Sequence record: MZ502379.1
DNA from: Escherichia phage vB_EcoM_Shinka
Length of the DNA stretch: 64,000 nt
Reading direction: 5' to 3' (one strand)
Each line of letters begins with the position of its first letter. Position 1 is the stretch's first letter. The notes under the pieces are model-generated. The model saw nothing but the letters and a program-made list of their open reading frames with translations, had not been told where the DNA came from and ran no database searches. Made by a program: the position numbers and the translations under genes. Positions 10,702 through 21,357 of the stretch are shown piece after piece.

Positions 10702-10869
10702 CTATAGCAAAAGTTGTGTTTCATTTAATTGTTCTTCCGAACTTTCTGAAACTGGTAGTTCTTTAATGTAATTATAGCAAGGCCCAGGATGTACAGGACC
10801 TTTGTCTGTTTCAACAACCAATGCAGAATCGATTGGAGTTTTACAGACAACACAAATCTTATCTGACAT
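10702..10869 (-). CDS. Small Cys-containing protein, 55 aa (below ORF-track cutoff)
   Basis: Hand-translated MSDKICVVCKTPIDSALVVETDKGPVHPGPCYNY...; strong SD GAGGAGA 5 nt upstream of ATG. Confidence 0.35.
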   Translation of the reverse strand: MSDKICVVCKTPIDSALVVETDKGPVHPGPCYNYIKELPVSESSEEQLNETQLLL

Positions 10870-10897
10870 GATTGTCTCCTCTGAATTATATATCTAT

Positions 10898-11122
10898 TTA
10901 TACAACTCTCATATGCATATCAATGCCCATATCTTTAGAATAAAAATATTCATCAAGATATCCAGCAAATTTTCCTTTAATATAAAGGACATCTTCACCG
11001 CACGGGTGATCGGCCAGGATACGAATATCCTGACGCTTGAGATTATACTTTTTCATTAAGAATTGAATTTCCGTTTCAAATTCTTCTTCATAATTAAAAG
11101 CATCATCAATGCTATATCTCAT
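10898..11122 (-). CDS. Hypothetical protein (uvsY.-2-like by position)
   Basis: 74-aa ORF in track. Confidence 0.5.
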   Translation of the reverse strand: MRYSIDDAFNYEEEFETEIQFLMKKYNLKRQDIRILADHPCGEDVLYIKGKFAGYLDEYFYSKDMGIDMHMRVV

Positions 11123-11535
11123 TATTTTCCAGCCTCAAATGCCCGCATGTCTTGAATATGCTTAATAGCAAATCCACGTGATTTGATAGCATCAAGAGCT
11201 CCGCTACAGAAATCTAATAAAATTCCCCAATATTGTAATGAAGTATCAACCTTTAAAACATCCTTATCAGCTGATAGAACTGTCTTCATTTCTGATTTCT
11301 CGTAACGATCCATACTAAATTCATCACCATCTCCTCGTCCCGAGTAGTAGTCTAATTTAGCTTTAAGAGCAACTTTTTTCTGTGCTTCAATTCTAAGCAT
11401 TTCCTTTTTAATACTTGAATGCTTATTAAGCCATTTACTATATAACATCACATTATTAGCTGCTTCATACTGTAATTTAGTCGAATCTATAAACACATCT
11501 TTCTTCAATTCTTCTTGAAGATCTTCTAATCTCAT
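11122..11535 (-). CDS. uvsY: UvsY recombination mediator
   Basis: 137 aa as in T4, position next to gene 25. Confidence 0.85.
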   Translation of the reverse strand: MRLEDLQEELKKDVFIDSTKLQYEAANNVMLYSKWLNKHSSIKKEMLRIEAQKKVALKAKLDYYSGRGDGDEFSMDRYEKSEMKTVLSADKDVLKVDTSLQYWGILLDFCSGALDAIKSRGFAIKHIQDMRAFEAGK

Positions 11536-11601
11536 ATTGTTCTCTATTCAATTGTTATTGGATGGACTTAGATTCATTATACCACGTTTATACGTGAAGC
11601 A

Positions 11602-12000
11602 TTATACTCTATTACTGGAAGCCAGTTGCAGTTTTATCTGCTCAATATCATCAGGGTTATCGATGACCGAAAAGCGTATTTCTACTATCAGAGTATAATC
11701 ATCATAAACGGGTATCACATTAACTGCTAATTTATCAATACGTGGCTCATAGTTTCTTACTGCGCTTTCGATATTGCGCTCAACCGTATCAGCAGTAAGA
11801 GGAGTCATATTTTCAAAAAGCTGATCTGATAAATCACATCCAAATTCAGGGTCAAACGGTCTTGAACCTTTTCTTGTTGTAATAATTCCCAAAAGACTGT
11901 TTTTAATTGACCTTAATCCAAGCGATCTGGAAACGTCTTTGTTCCAATCCATTTTCATTTCCGGGTCAATGTCAGAATAAAGCTTATTAATATTTGACAT
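11602..12000 (-). CDS. 25: Baseplate wedge protein gp25
   Basis: 132 aa, T4 size and position. Confidence 0.85.
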   Translation of the reverse strand: MSNINKLYSDIDPEMKMDWNKDVSRSLGLRSIKNSLLGIITTRKGSRPFDPEFGCDLSDQLFENMTPLTADTVERNIESAVRNYEPRIDKLAVNVIPVYDDYTLIVEIRFSVIDNPDDIEQIKLQLASSNRV

Positions 12001-12626
12001 TATAGTAACTCAAAGAACTCTTTGAGGCCTCTTATTACGTGAGCATGGGTTTTTCCACACTCTGGACACTTAATTGGAACAGCCAAATAAACAGTAGGCT
12101 TTAAAAGCATATCTTTTATAGCTACAATATCTGACTCTGTGATGATAGAATATAAATCTTCCAGTTCTTTTTCATTTAAGTCTTCAACTGGAATGCTTTC
12201 CCCGTTAGCATGAATCGTTTCTATACATGATACTATCATGTGGGCTATATTTTTATCATCAAAAATTTTAGGGTAATGGAATTTAATTTTAATGTCACCC
12301 AGTGTATACCAGAGGTCTTCTGGTGCATCTATTTGTGTATGTAATAGATTTATATGGGTTGGTATTTCAGTTCCACAGGTGCACTTCCAGGAGTTTTCGT
12401 GATTAACTTCTCCGAGAGAATGTGCCCATAAATGAATCAACAATAGTTCTGATTCTTGGCGGTTTAAATCTTTTGCATTTGTGCAGTCTTTGATTAGCTT
12501 TTTAACAATTACTTCTACGGAACCATTATTTTTGGCAGTAATAAGTTCTAGATATTCTTTAAGAGTAAATGCGCGACAATTGATTATTTTAGAACCAACT
12601 CTCACATCAAATTTGTATTCATACAT
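12000..12626 (-). CDS. 26: Baseplate hub protein gp26
   Basis: 208 aa, T4 size and position. Confidence 0.8.
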   Translation of the reverse strand: MYEYKFDVRVGSKIINCRAFTLKEYLELITAKNNGSVEVIVKKLIKDCTNAKDLNRQESELLLIHLWAHSLGEVNHENSWKCTCGTEIPTHINLLHTQIDAPEDLWYTLGDIKIKFHYPKIFDDKNIAHMIVSCIETIHANGESIPVEDLNEKELEDLYSIITESDIVAIKDMLLKPTVYLAVPIKCPECGKTHAHVIRGLKEFFELL

Positions 12627-12648
12627 ATTTTAGCTCCTTTATTTATCA

Positions 12649-12660
12649 TATTTATAAATA
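12649..12660. promoter_or_regulatory. Overlapping divergent late promoters (TATAAATA on both strands) for genes 26 and 51
   Basis: Palindromic tatttataaata between divergent starts. Confidence 0.55.
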
Positions 12661-12677
12661 GAATAAAAGGAGCATCT

Positions 12678-13427
12678 ATGGCAAACATTATTCGTTGTAA
12701 ATTACCAGATGGTGTTCATCGTTTTAAACCATTTACGGTAGAAGATTATCGAGATTTTTTGTTAGTTCGAAACGATATAGAACATCGGTCACCACAAGAA
12801 CAAAAAGAAATAATTACTGATTTAATTGATGATTATTTTGGAGACTATCCGAAGACTTGGCAACCATTTATATTTTTGCAGGTATTTGTAGGGTCAATAG
12901 GTAAAACTAAAGTACCAGTCACATTCGTATGTCCAAAATGTAAAAAAGAAAAGACAGTTCCATTTGAAATATATCAAAAAGAATTAAAGGAACCTGTTTT
13001 TGATGTAGCTAATGTTAAAATTAAATTAAAGTTTCCTTCTGAGTTTTATGAAAATAAAGCAAAGATGATTACTGAAAATATTCATTCTGTTCAAGTAAAT
13101 GAAATATGGTATGATTGGAAGGAAATTAGTGAATCAAGTCAAATAGAACTAGTTGACGCCATCGAGATAGAAACATTAGAAAAAATTCTCGATTCAATGA
13201 ATCCTATTAATTTAACTCTACATATGTCATGCTGTAATAAGTACATTAAAAAATACACTGATATAGTAGACGTGTTTAAGCTATTAGTTAACCCAGATGA
13301 GATATTTACTTTTTATCAAATTAATCACACACTTGTAAAAAGTAATTATAGCTTAAATTCAATAATGAAAATGATTCCTGCTGAGCGCGGATTCGTATTA
13401 AAACTGATTGAGAAGGATAAACAATAA
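12678..13427 (+). CDS. 51: Baseplate hub assembly protein gp51
   Basis: 249 aa, T4 size and position. Confidence 0.8.
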   Translation: MANIIRCKLPDGVHRFKPFTVEDYRDFLLVRNDIEHRSPQEQKEIITDLIDDYFGDYPKTWQPFIFLQVFVGSIGKTKVPVTFVCPKCKKEKTVPFEIYQKELKEPVFDVANVKIKLKFPSEFYENKAKMITENIHSVQVNEIWYDWKEISESSQIELVDAIEIETLEKILDSMNPINLTLHMSCCNKYIKKYTDIVDVFKLLVNPDEIFTFYQINHTLVKSNYSLNSIMKMIPAERGFVLKLIEKDKQ

Positions 13428-14602
13428 TGAGTATGTTGCAACGCCCCGGATATCCAAATCTCAGCGTTAAATTATTTGATAGCTACGACGCTTGGAGTAA
13501 TAATAGATTTGTTGAATTAGCTGCTACTATTACCACATTAACTATGCGTGACTCTCTTTATGGTCGAAATGAAGGAATGCTACAATTTTATGATTCTAAA
13601 AACATCCATACAAAAATGGATGGAAATGAAATAATTCAGATTTCTGTAGCTAATGCAAACGATATTAATAATGTTAAAACACGAATTTATGGATGCAAGC
13701 ATTTTTCCGTGTCAGTAGATTCAAAAGGCGATAACATCATTGCTATTGAATTGGGAACTATTCATTCTATAGAAAATCTTAAATTTGGTAGACCGTTTTT
13801 CCCTGATGCAGGTGAATCTATAAAAGAAATGCTTGGCGTCATTTATCAAGACCGTACATTATTAACTCCAGCGATAAATGCTATAAATGCTTATGTTCCT
13901 GATATTCCATGGACTAGCACATTTGAAAACTATTTGTCATATGTCAGAGAAGTTGCTCTAGCTGTAGGAAGCGACAAATTTGTATTTGTGTGGCAAGACA
14001 TCATGGGAGTTAACATGATGGACTATGATATGATGATAAATCAAGAACCGTATCCAATGATTGTCGGTGAGCCATCTTTAATAGGTCAATTCATCCAAGA
14101 ATTAAAATATCCATTAGCGTATGATTTCGTTTGGTTGACTAAATCGAATCCTCACAAACGTGACCCAATGAAAAACGCTACTATCTATGCTCATTCATTT
14201 TTAGATTCTTCATTGCCAATGATTACTACAGGAAAGGGCGAAAACTCTATTGTAGTGTCAAGGTCAGGTGCTTATTCTGAAATGACTTATAGGAATGGAT
14301 ATGAAGAAGCTATTCGTCTTCAAACTATGGCGCAATATGACGGCTATGCTAAATGTTCTACTGTCGGTAATTTTAACTTGACTCCTGGTGTTAAAATTAT
14401 TTTTAATGATAGTAAAAACCAATTTAAAACAGAATTTTACGTTGATGAAGTTATCCATGAATTATCCAATAATAATTCAGTAACTCATCTATATATGTTC
14501 ACTAATGCAACGAAACTGGAAACAATAGACCCAGTTAAGGTTAAAAATGAATTTAAATCTGATACTACCACTGAAGAAAGTAGTTCTTCCAATAAGCAAT
14601 AA
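13427..14602 (+). CDS. 27: Baseplate hub protein gp27
   Basis: 391 aa as in T4. Confidence 0.85.
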   Translation: MSMLQRPGYPNLSVKLFDSYDAWSNNRFVELAATITTLTMRDSLYGRNEGMLQFYDSKNIHTKMDGNEIIQISVANANDINNVKTRIYGCKHFSVSVDSKGDNIIAIELGTIHSIENLKFGRPFFPDAGESIKEMLGVIYQDRTLLTPAINAINAYVPDIPWTSTFENYLSYVREVALAVGSDKFVFVWQDIMGVNMMDYDMMINQEPYPMIVGEPSLIGQFIQELKYPLAYDFVWLTKSNPHKRDPMKNATIYAHSFLDSSLPMITTGKGENSIVVSRSGAYSEMTYRNGYEEAIRLQTMAQYDGYAKCSTVGNFNLTPGVKIIFNDSKNQFKTEFYVDEVIHELSNNNSVTHLYMFTNATKLETIDPVKVKNEFKSDTTTEESSSSNKQ

Positions 14603-15080
14603 AGAAGTTTCTATTCCTAAAATGGGTCTTAAACATTATAACATTTTAAAAGATGTTAAAGGTCCTGATGAAAATTTAAAACTTCTTATTGATTCTATTT
14701 GTCCGAATTTATCACCGGCAGAAGTTGATTTCGTTTCTATTCATTTATTGGAATTTAATGGAAAGATTAAATCTCGCAAAGAAATAGATGGTTATACTTA
14801 TGACATTAATGATGTTTATGTATGCCAAAGATTGGAATTTCAATACCAAGGAAATACATTTTATTTTAGACCGCCTGGAAAATTTGAACAATTTTTAACT
14901 GTGAGCGATATGTTATCCAAATGCTTGCTTAAGGTCAATGATGAAGTTAAAGAAATTAATTTTCTTGAGATGCCAGCATTCGTTTTAAAATGGGCAAATG
15001 ACATTTTTACAACTTTAGCAATTCCTGGCCCTAATGGTCCAATAACCGGAATTGGCAATATTATTGGATTATTTGAATGA
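14547..15080 (+). CDS. 28: Baseplate hub distal protein gp28
   Basis: 177 aa as in T4; overlaps gp27 3' end. Confidence 0.8.
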   Translation: MNLNLILPLKKVVLPISNKEVSIPKMGLKHYNILKDVKGPDENLKLLIDSICPNLSPAEVDFVSIHLLEFNGKIKSRKEIDGYTYDINDVYVCQRLEFQYQGNTFYFRPPGKFEQFLTVSDMLSKCLLKVNDEVKEINFLEMPAFVLKWANDIFTTLAIPGPNGPITGIGNIIGLFE

Positions 15081-16849
15081 AAAAGCCACAAGAAATGCAA
15101 ACGATGCGTAGAAAAGTTATTTCAGATAATAAACCAACACAGGAAGCGGCTAAATCCGCTTCCAATACTTTATCTGGACTTAACGATATATCTACGAAAT
15201 TGGATGATGCTCAAGCTGCTTCTGAATTAATTGCTCAAACTGTCGAAGAAAAATCGAATGAAATAATTGGAGCAATTGACAATGTAGAAAGCGCAGTGAG
15301 TGATACTACTGCTGGTTCTGAGTTAATTGCTGAAACTGTTGAAATTGGCAACAATATTAATAAAGAAATCGGTGAATCGCTCGGGAGTAAATTAGATAAA
15401 TTAACGAGTTTATTAGAGCAAAAAATTCAGACAGCTGGAATTCAACAAACAGGAACCAGTTTAGCCACTGTTGAAAGCGCTATTCCTGTTAAAGTTGTTG
15501 AGGATGATACAGCTGAATCTGTGGGTCCTTTATTACCGGCTCCTGAAGCAGTTAATAATGATCCTGACGCTGATTTTTTCCCTACCCCTCAGCCAGTTGA
15601 ACCTAAACAAGAATCACCAGAAGAAAAACAGAAAAAAGACGCATTTAACTTAAAATTATCTCAAGCTTTAGATAAATTAACAAAGACTGTTGATTTTGGA
15701 TTTAAGAAATCCATTTCAATTACTGATAAAATATCAAGCATGTTATTTAAGTACACCGTCAGTGCTGCTATTGAAGCTGCTAAAATGACTGCAATGATAT
15801 TGGCTGTTGTTGTTGGAATAGACCTGTTGATGGTTCATTTTAAATATTGGTCAGATAAATTTTCACAGGCTTGGGATTTGTTTAGTACAGACTTTACTAA
15901 ATTCTCTAGCGAAACCGGAACATGGGGTCCTTTATTACAGAGCATCTTTGGTTCTATCGATGAAATTAAAAAATTCTGGGAAGCGGGAGATTGGGGTGGT
16001 TTGACGGTAGCTATTGTAGAAGGGCTTGGAAAGGTTCTTTATAATTTAGGTGAACTTATTCAGCTTGGAATGGCTAAATTATCTGCGGCAATTCTTCGAG
16101 TTATTCCTGGTATGAAGGATACCGCTGATGATGTAGAAGGAAGAGCACTAGAAAATTTCCAAAATACTACAAATGCTTCTCTTAGCAAAGAAGACCAAGA
16201 AAAAGTTGCAAATTATCAATATAAAAGAATGAATGGAGAACTTGGTCCGATAGCAAAAGGACTAGACAAAATTGCGAACTGGAAAACTCGCGCATCTAAC
16301 TGGATTCGTGGTGTTGATAATAAAGAAGCACTAACGACTGATGAAGAGAGAGAAGAGGAAGAAGAAAAATTAAAGCAACTTTCTCCGGAGGAAGCTAAAA
16401 TTGCTTTAATGAAAGCTAATGAAGCTCGTGCTGCTATGAATCGTTTTGATGAATACGCTAATTCGGCTGATATGAGTAAAGATTCAACAGTTAAATCAGT
16501 TGAAGCTGCCTATGAAGACCTTAAAAAACGGATGGATGACCCGGATTTAAATAATTCACCGGCAGTTAAAAAAGAACTTGCTGCTAGATTTTCTAAAATT
16601 GATGCTACTTATCAAGAACTAAAGAAAAATCAACCTAATGCCAAACCTGAAACTTCTGCTAAATCGCCAGAAGCAAAACAAGTCCAGGTAATAGAAAAGA
16701 ACAAAGCACAGCAAGCTCCTGTTCAACAAGCATCTCCTTCGATCAATAATACTAATAATGTTATTAAGAAAAATACTGTCGTTCATAATATGACACCTGT
16801 TACGAGTACAACTGCTCCCGGTGTATTTGACGCGACTGGAGTTAATTAA
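15077..16849 (+). CDS. 29: Tail tape-measure protein gp29
   Basis: 590 aa as in T4. Confidence 0.85.
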   Translation: MKKPQEMQTMRRKVISDNKPTQEAAKSASNTLSGLNDISTKLDDAQAASELIAQTVEEKSNEIIGAIDNVESAVSDTTAGSELIAETVEIGNNINKEIGESLGSKLDKLTSLLEQKIQTAGIQQTGTSLATVESAIPVKVVEDDTAESVGPLLPAPEAVNNDPDADFFPTPQPVEPKQESPEEKQKKDAFNLKLSQALDKLTKTVDFGFKKSISITDKISSMLFKYTVSAAIEAAKMTAMILAVVVGIDLLMVHFKYWSDKFSQAWDLFSTDFTKFSSETGTWGPLLQSIFGSIDEIKKFWEAGDWGGLTVAIVEGLGKVLYNLGELIQLGMAKLSAAILRVIPGMKDTADDVEGRALENFQNTTNASLSKEDQEKVANYQYKRMNGELGPIAKGLDKIANWKTRASNWIRGVDNKEALTTDEEREEEEEKLKQLSPEEAKIALMKANEARAAMNRFDEYANSADMSKDSTVKSVEAAYEDLKKRMDDPDLNNSPAVKKELAARFSKIDATYQELKKNQPNAKPETSAKSPEAKQVQVIEKNKAQQAPVQQASPSINNTNNVIKKNTVVHNMTPVTSTTAPGVFDATGVN

Positions 16850-16857
16850 GGAATAAT

Positions 16858-17952
16858 ATGGCAATTGTTAAAGAAATAACTGCTGATTTAATTAAAAAGT
16901 CCGGTGAGAAAATTTCAGCCGGACAGAGTACTAAATCAGAAGTAGGAACTAAAACATACACTGCCCAGTTTCCAACTGGGCGTGCTAGTGGTAATGACAC
17001 TACAGGGGACTTCCAGGTAACAGATCTATATAAGAATGGATTATTATTTACTGCATACAATATGTCATCTAGGGATTCTGGAAGTCTTAGATCGATGAGA
17101 TCTAACTACTCTTCTTCATCTTCGAGTATTTTACGTACAGCCAGAAACACTATCAGTAATACAGTATCAAAACTGTCAAATGGATTAATATCAGATAATA
17201 ATTCAGGAACAATAAGTAAAGCTCCTGTCGCAAACATTCTTTTACCGAGATCTAAATCTGATGTTGATACATCATCGCATAGATTTAATGATGTTCAAGA
17301 AAGTCTTATCAGCAGAGGCGGAGGTACTGCTACTGGTGTGCTAAGTAATATTGCTTCAACTGCAGTATTTGGAGCACTGGAAAGTATAACACAAGGTATA
17401 ATGGCTGATAATAATGAACAGATTTATACGACAGCCAGAAGTATGTATGGTGGTGCTGAGAATAGAACTAAAGTGTTTACATGGGATTTGACTCCACGTT
17501 CAACAGAAGATTTAATGGCTATTATTAATATCTATCAATATTTTAACTATTTTTCTTATGGTGAAACAGGCAAATCTCAATATGCTGCTGAAATAAAGGG
17601 GTATTTAGATGATTGGTATCGTTCTACGTTAATTGAACCTTTATCTCCAGAAGACGCAGCTAAAAATAAAACACTATTTGAGAAAATGACATCGAGTTTA
17701 ACTAACGTTCTAGTAGTTTCAAACCCGACAATTTGGATGGTGAAAAACTTTGGTGCAACATCTAAGTTTGATGGAAAAACGGAAATATTTGGCCCATGCC
17801 AAATACAGAGTATCAGATTTGATAAAACACCTAATGGTAACTTTAACGGATTAGCTATTGCTCCAAACCTCCCTAGTACATTTACTCTCGAGATTACTAT
17901 GAGAGAAATTATCACGTTAAACCGTGCTTCTTTATATGCGGGGACTTTTTAA
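16858..17952 (+). CDS. 48: Baseplate tail-tube cap protein gp48
   Basis: 364 aa as in T4. Confidence 0.85.
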   Translation: MAIVKEITADLIKKSGEKISAGQSTKSEVGTKTYTAQFPTGRASGNDTTGDFQVTDLYKNGLLFTAYNMSSRDSGSLRSMRSNYSSSSSSILRTARNTISNTVSKLSNGLISDNNSGTISKAPVANILLPRSKSDVDTSSHRFNDVQESLISRGGGTATGVLSNIASTAVFGALESITQGIMADNNEQIYTTARSMYGGAENRTKVFTWDLTPRSTEDLMAIINIYQYFNYFSYGETGKSQYAAEIKGYLDDWYRSTLIEPLSPEDAAKNKTLFEKMTSSLTNVLVVSNPTIWMVKNFGATSKFDGKTEIFGPCQIQSIRFDKTPNGNFNGLAIAPNLPSTFTLEITMREIITLNRASLYAGTF

Positions 17953-18917
17953 TGTATTCTTTAGAGGAATTTAATAATCAAGCAATAAACGCAGATTTCC
18001 AACGTAATAATATGTTTAGCTGCGTTTTTGCAACAACTCCATCAACTAAAAGCTCTTCGTTGATAAGTTCAATTAGCAACTTTTCTTATAATAACTTGGG
18101 CCTAAATTCAGATTGGTTAGGATTAACTCAAGGTGATATTAATCAGGGAATTACTACGCTAATTACAGCTGGCACACAAAAACTGATAAGAAAATCAGGA
18201 GTCAGTAAATATCTTATTGGTGCCATGAGTCAACGTACAGTTCAAAGTTTATTAGGCTCATTTACAGTTGGTACATATTTAATTGACTTCTTTAACATGG
18301 CATATAACTCATCTGGATTGATGATATACTCTGTAAAAATGCCAGAGAATAGATTATCCTATGAAACTGACTGGAACTATAATTCTCCTAATATTCGTAT
18401 AACTGGGAGAGAATTAGACCCTTTGGTTATTTCATTCAGAATGGATTCAGAAGCTTGTAACTATCGTGCAATGCAAGACTGGGTTAACGCTGTTCAAGAC
18501 CCAGTAACTGGACTGCGTGCTTTGCCACAAGATGTCGAGGCAGACATTCAGGTTAATCTTCATGCTCGTAATGGATTACCTCATACTGCTGTGATGTTCA
18601 CCGGATGCATTCCGGTGTCAGTGAGCGCTCCTGAGTTATCATACGATGGAGATAACCAAATAACTACATTTGATGTTACTTTTGCGTATAGAGTCATGCA
18701 GGCTGGAGCGGTTGATAGACAAGCTGCGCTTGAGTGGCTTGAATCTGCTACTATAAATGGCATTCAAAGCGTTCTCGGAAATAGCGGAGGTGTTACTGGA
18801 CTATCTAATTCGCTTTCACGACTTAGTAGATTAGGAGGAACTGCAGGAAGCATTTCAAACATTAATACTATGACAGGAATTGTCAATTCGCAAAGTAAAA
18901 TATTAGGAGCAATATAA
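17952..18917 (+). CDS. 54: Baseplate tail-tube initiator gp54
   Basis: 321 aa, T4 size and position. Confidence 0.85.
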   Translation: MYSLEEFNNQAINADFQRNNMFSCVFATTPSTKSSSLISSISNFSYNNLGLNSDWLGLTQGDINQGITTLITAGTQKLIRKSGVSKYLIGAMSQRTVQSLLGSFTVGTYLIDFFNMAYNSSGLMIYSVKMPENRLSYETDWNYNSPNIRITGRELDPLVISFRMDSEACNYRAMQDWVNAVQDPVTGLRALPQDVEADIQVNLHARNGLPHTAVMFTGCIPVSVSAPELSYDGDNQITTFDVTFAYRVMQAGAVDRQAALEWLESATINGIQSVLGNSGGVTGLSNSLSRLSRLGGTAGSISNINTMTGIVNSQSKILGAI

Positions 18918-18920
18918 CAA

Positions 18921-18946
18921 TGGGGACCGAAAGGTCCCCATATTTT
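18921..18946. terminator. Bidirectional terminator between gene 54 and the alt block
   Basis: Hairpin ggggaccgaaaggtcccc with T-run. Confidence 0.6.
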
Positions 18947-19236
18947 TATTTACGGAATGAAATAAAAGCAGCAACTGAAGCAACTAAACTGTCTTCAATA
19001 TAAACTTCAATTTTTACCGGAGCTTCTGACTCAAATTTACCTGTTACTACACCTTGGAAAATGCTTTCAGTCTGTTCTGGCTTTGAAAAATTTTCAGAAG
19101 GAAAAATTCCGAACTTTTTATCTGTTCCAAAAATTTTGATAAATTCGTCGTAAACCGCTTCATTAAAAGCGTTATCAGCAGGAATAACGCCTTCAACTAC
19201 AAGTTCTTGACCTAAAAAGCGTAAAGAAGATTTCAT
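18946..19236 (-). CDS. Hypothetical protein (alt.-3-like by position)
   Basis: 96-aa ORF with SD GAGGAA and early promoter directly upstream. Confidence 0.5.
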   Translation of the reverse strand: MKSSLRFLGQELVVEGVIPADNAFNEAVYDEFIKIFGTDKKFGIFPSENFSKPEQTESIFQGVVTGKFESEAPVKIEVYIEDSLVASVAAFISFRK

Positions 19237-19243
19237 TTTGTGT

Positions 19244-19297
19244 TCCTCATGTTATGTCAGTAAGACTACTATAACACAACACGAGGGACTTGTAAAC
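19244..19297 (-). promoter_or_regulatory. T4-type early promoter plus leader/SD; copy 1 of an exact 54-bp repeat
   Basis: Minus strand reads GTTTAC, 18-nt spacer, TATAGT, then leader with GAGGA; identical to 35182..35235. Confidence 0.55.
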
Positions 19298-21354
19298 TAC
19301 ATTTTGAACTTTTTAGACATTCCGTTGATGTTAACCAAAGAAGCTAAGATTTGAGAAACTTCATTTTCCTCTTCTTTTGATTCTTCTACAAGGAATTGAT
19401 TAAATCCAGCCATTGGACGAACTTCACCAGTTTCCATTAGATGGTCTCCATCATATACTGATTCTTCTAATTGTTCAGAAGGAGGAACGATTGTACCTTC
19501 GATTAGATACTTGTTATAAGCAGTTTCTTTCATAAAGTACGTACTTACTTTATTAATCTTCAGTAAAATTCCACGCGGTAGAATAACTTCAGCTTCTGAT
19601 GGAAATCCTGATAAATGACCTGGAACGATAACTTTGATTCGCTCAGCTCCTTTAATTACCATACCCACACTAGTTTCAGCATCTTCATTAGCATATGTAG
19701 AATGACTACCCATATGCATCAAATCTTCTGCATCAACGGAACCTTCTCCTTCACCAGAAAATACTGCTCCGGAATCATCTAGAGCCATATAGTTTTTACC
19801 ATGCTCACCGAAGATATTTGGTTTAAGCGATGTGGATACGAAGTTCTTGAAATAGAACATTTTGTTTTCAATGTTATGACGCAAAGTTTTAAATGTAACT
19901 TCTTGTCCACGGTAAAGTGTAGTTCCTGGAGGAAGAACTGAACCTTTAGCGAATGCAGAATCCAACGTCTCGATGTGCTTAATAGCTCGTTCCATATATT
20001 CTTCACGGGTAGAATCTGGTTTACCCAAAAGGAACGAGTTCATTTCAACATATGAATCTGCACAATAATCTTCAATTACATCAGATTCAGCCTGAGTCAG
20101 TCCTTTTGGAGCTACTTCGGTGCTTGCGTATTCATATGCCTGGGCAGCAGATTCATTAATCAATTTATAAATGCCATTCATGACAAATTGAATAATAGCT
20201 GTCTTTTCATCTGGTGTGGTTTTAGAACCTTTAACTAAATCATTAATAATTTTCTTAATAACATCAAAGCTATTAGAAATATTAATGTCAGCAAGATCGC
20301 TTAAAATTTTATCAGTTTTATAATCAAAGAATTCTTTATTCTTTAAATATTCTTGAGAACCTTGATATGTTATATCGCTCTGCAACTTGATAGATGGATC
20401 ACGTAAACGTGCATGGGCCAATGCAATATGATTTCGGAAGCTTTCTAGTTCATAATCGTTAGATTTAAAACGAGAAGCACTTCTCATACCACCGATAGCT
20501 CCTTTGCTGAAGTTTGAACCAATCTGAATAACGCCAGAGTTCATTGGTCCTTCTGCTTTATATACCGGAACTTTAGATTCAAACTCTTGATATTTCTTAG
20601 CAGCGAAGCTATCACCCTGAAGTGAAGCATCAACAGTAGAATATTGAGCTTGTGCTGCTAATCGACGACTAATTTTAGTTTTCTGAATAACAGCTTGGTC
20701 CGTGCGCTTATCATTTTCTAAAGCAATAGAAGCAGCAACAGCGACAGCTTTAGGAACAGCATTACCTGTTTTAACATCTACATAAACATCACCGACCTTT
20801 GATTCAACTTTTGTGAATAACTCAGTTGAAATAGGAGGTACACCTGGAATGTCTTCTAAATTGGCATTTTTACGGTAAACCATAATATATGCGTACTTTT
20901 TATCATAGTCCCAGATTTCCTTTAAAAGAACATATCGACCTGCTCCTTTAGTACGTACTAAACGGTCAGCAATAACTTGCATTTGACGAGCTGCGCCATT
21001 TGTTTTACTCTTTAGTACGCGGAATAGGCATGCGTCGATTTTATACTGCTTCATTGTTTGAAGAGCAGTATCAAAAACAGCATTAATGACGCCAATTGGA
21101 TTTCCACCCAAGTTTCTAAGCTTAACCAGCGATAATTTCTCGTTGACACCTATCATTACGATATGCATCATTTTATCGCCTGGCTTAACGTTTTTATTTG
21201 TATCACCACCAGAGGTGTATGTACAAAATCTAAATCCAGGAAGCACGCTTTCTTCGCCGGCTTGGATAGCAAAAATTTGTGGTATTTTATGCTTAGGATT
21301 TAAGTTAACAACCGGCGCCGAAGCGCCGTCAAATAATTCTGTAATAAGTTCCAT
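19297..21354 (-). CDS. Alt-like NAD-protein ADP-ribosyltransferase, paralog 2 (685 aa)
   Basis: C-terminal R-S-E ART motifs (LYRG, FVSTSL, EAEV); N-terminus MELITELFD shared with the neighbouring paralog. Confidence 0.8.
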   Translation of the reverse strand: MELITELFDGASAPVVNLNPKHKIPQIFAIQAGEESVLPGFRFCTYTSGGDTNKNVKPGDKMMHIVMIGVNEKLSLVKLRNLGGNPIGVINAVFDTALQTMKQYKIDACLFRVLKSKTNGAARQMQVIADRLVRTKGAGRYVLLKEIWDYDKKYAYIMVYRKNANLEDIPGVPPISTELFTKVESKVGDVYVDVKTGNAVPKAVAVAASIALENDKRTDQAVIQKTKISRRLAAQAQYSTVDASLQGDSFAAKKYQEFESKVPVYKAEGPMNSGVIQIGSNFSKGAIGGMRSASRFKSNDYELESFRNHIALAHARLRDPSIKLQSDITYQGSQEYLKNKEFFDYKTDKILSDLADINISNSFDVIKKIINDLVKGSKTTPDEKTAIIQFVMNGIYKLINESAAQAYEYASTEVAPKGLTQAESDVIEDYCADSYVEMNSFLLGKPDSTREEYMERAIKHIETLDSAFAKGSVLPPGTTLYRGQEVTFKTLRHNIENKMFYFKNFVSTSLKPNIFGEHGKNYMALDDSGAVFSGEGEGSVDAEDLMHMGSHSTYANEDAETSVGMVIKGAERIKVIVPGHLSGFPSEAEVILPRGILLKINKVSTYFMKETAYNKYLIEGTIVPPSEQLEESVYDGDHLMETGEVRPMAGFNQFLVEESKEEENEVSQILASLVNINGMSKKFKM

Positions 21355-21357
21355 GAT

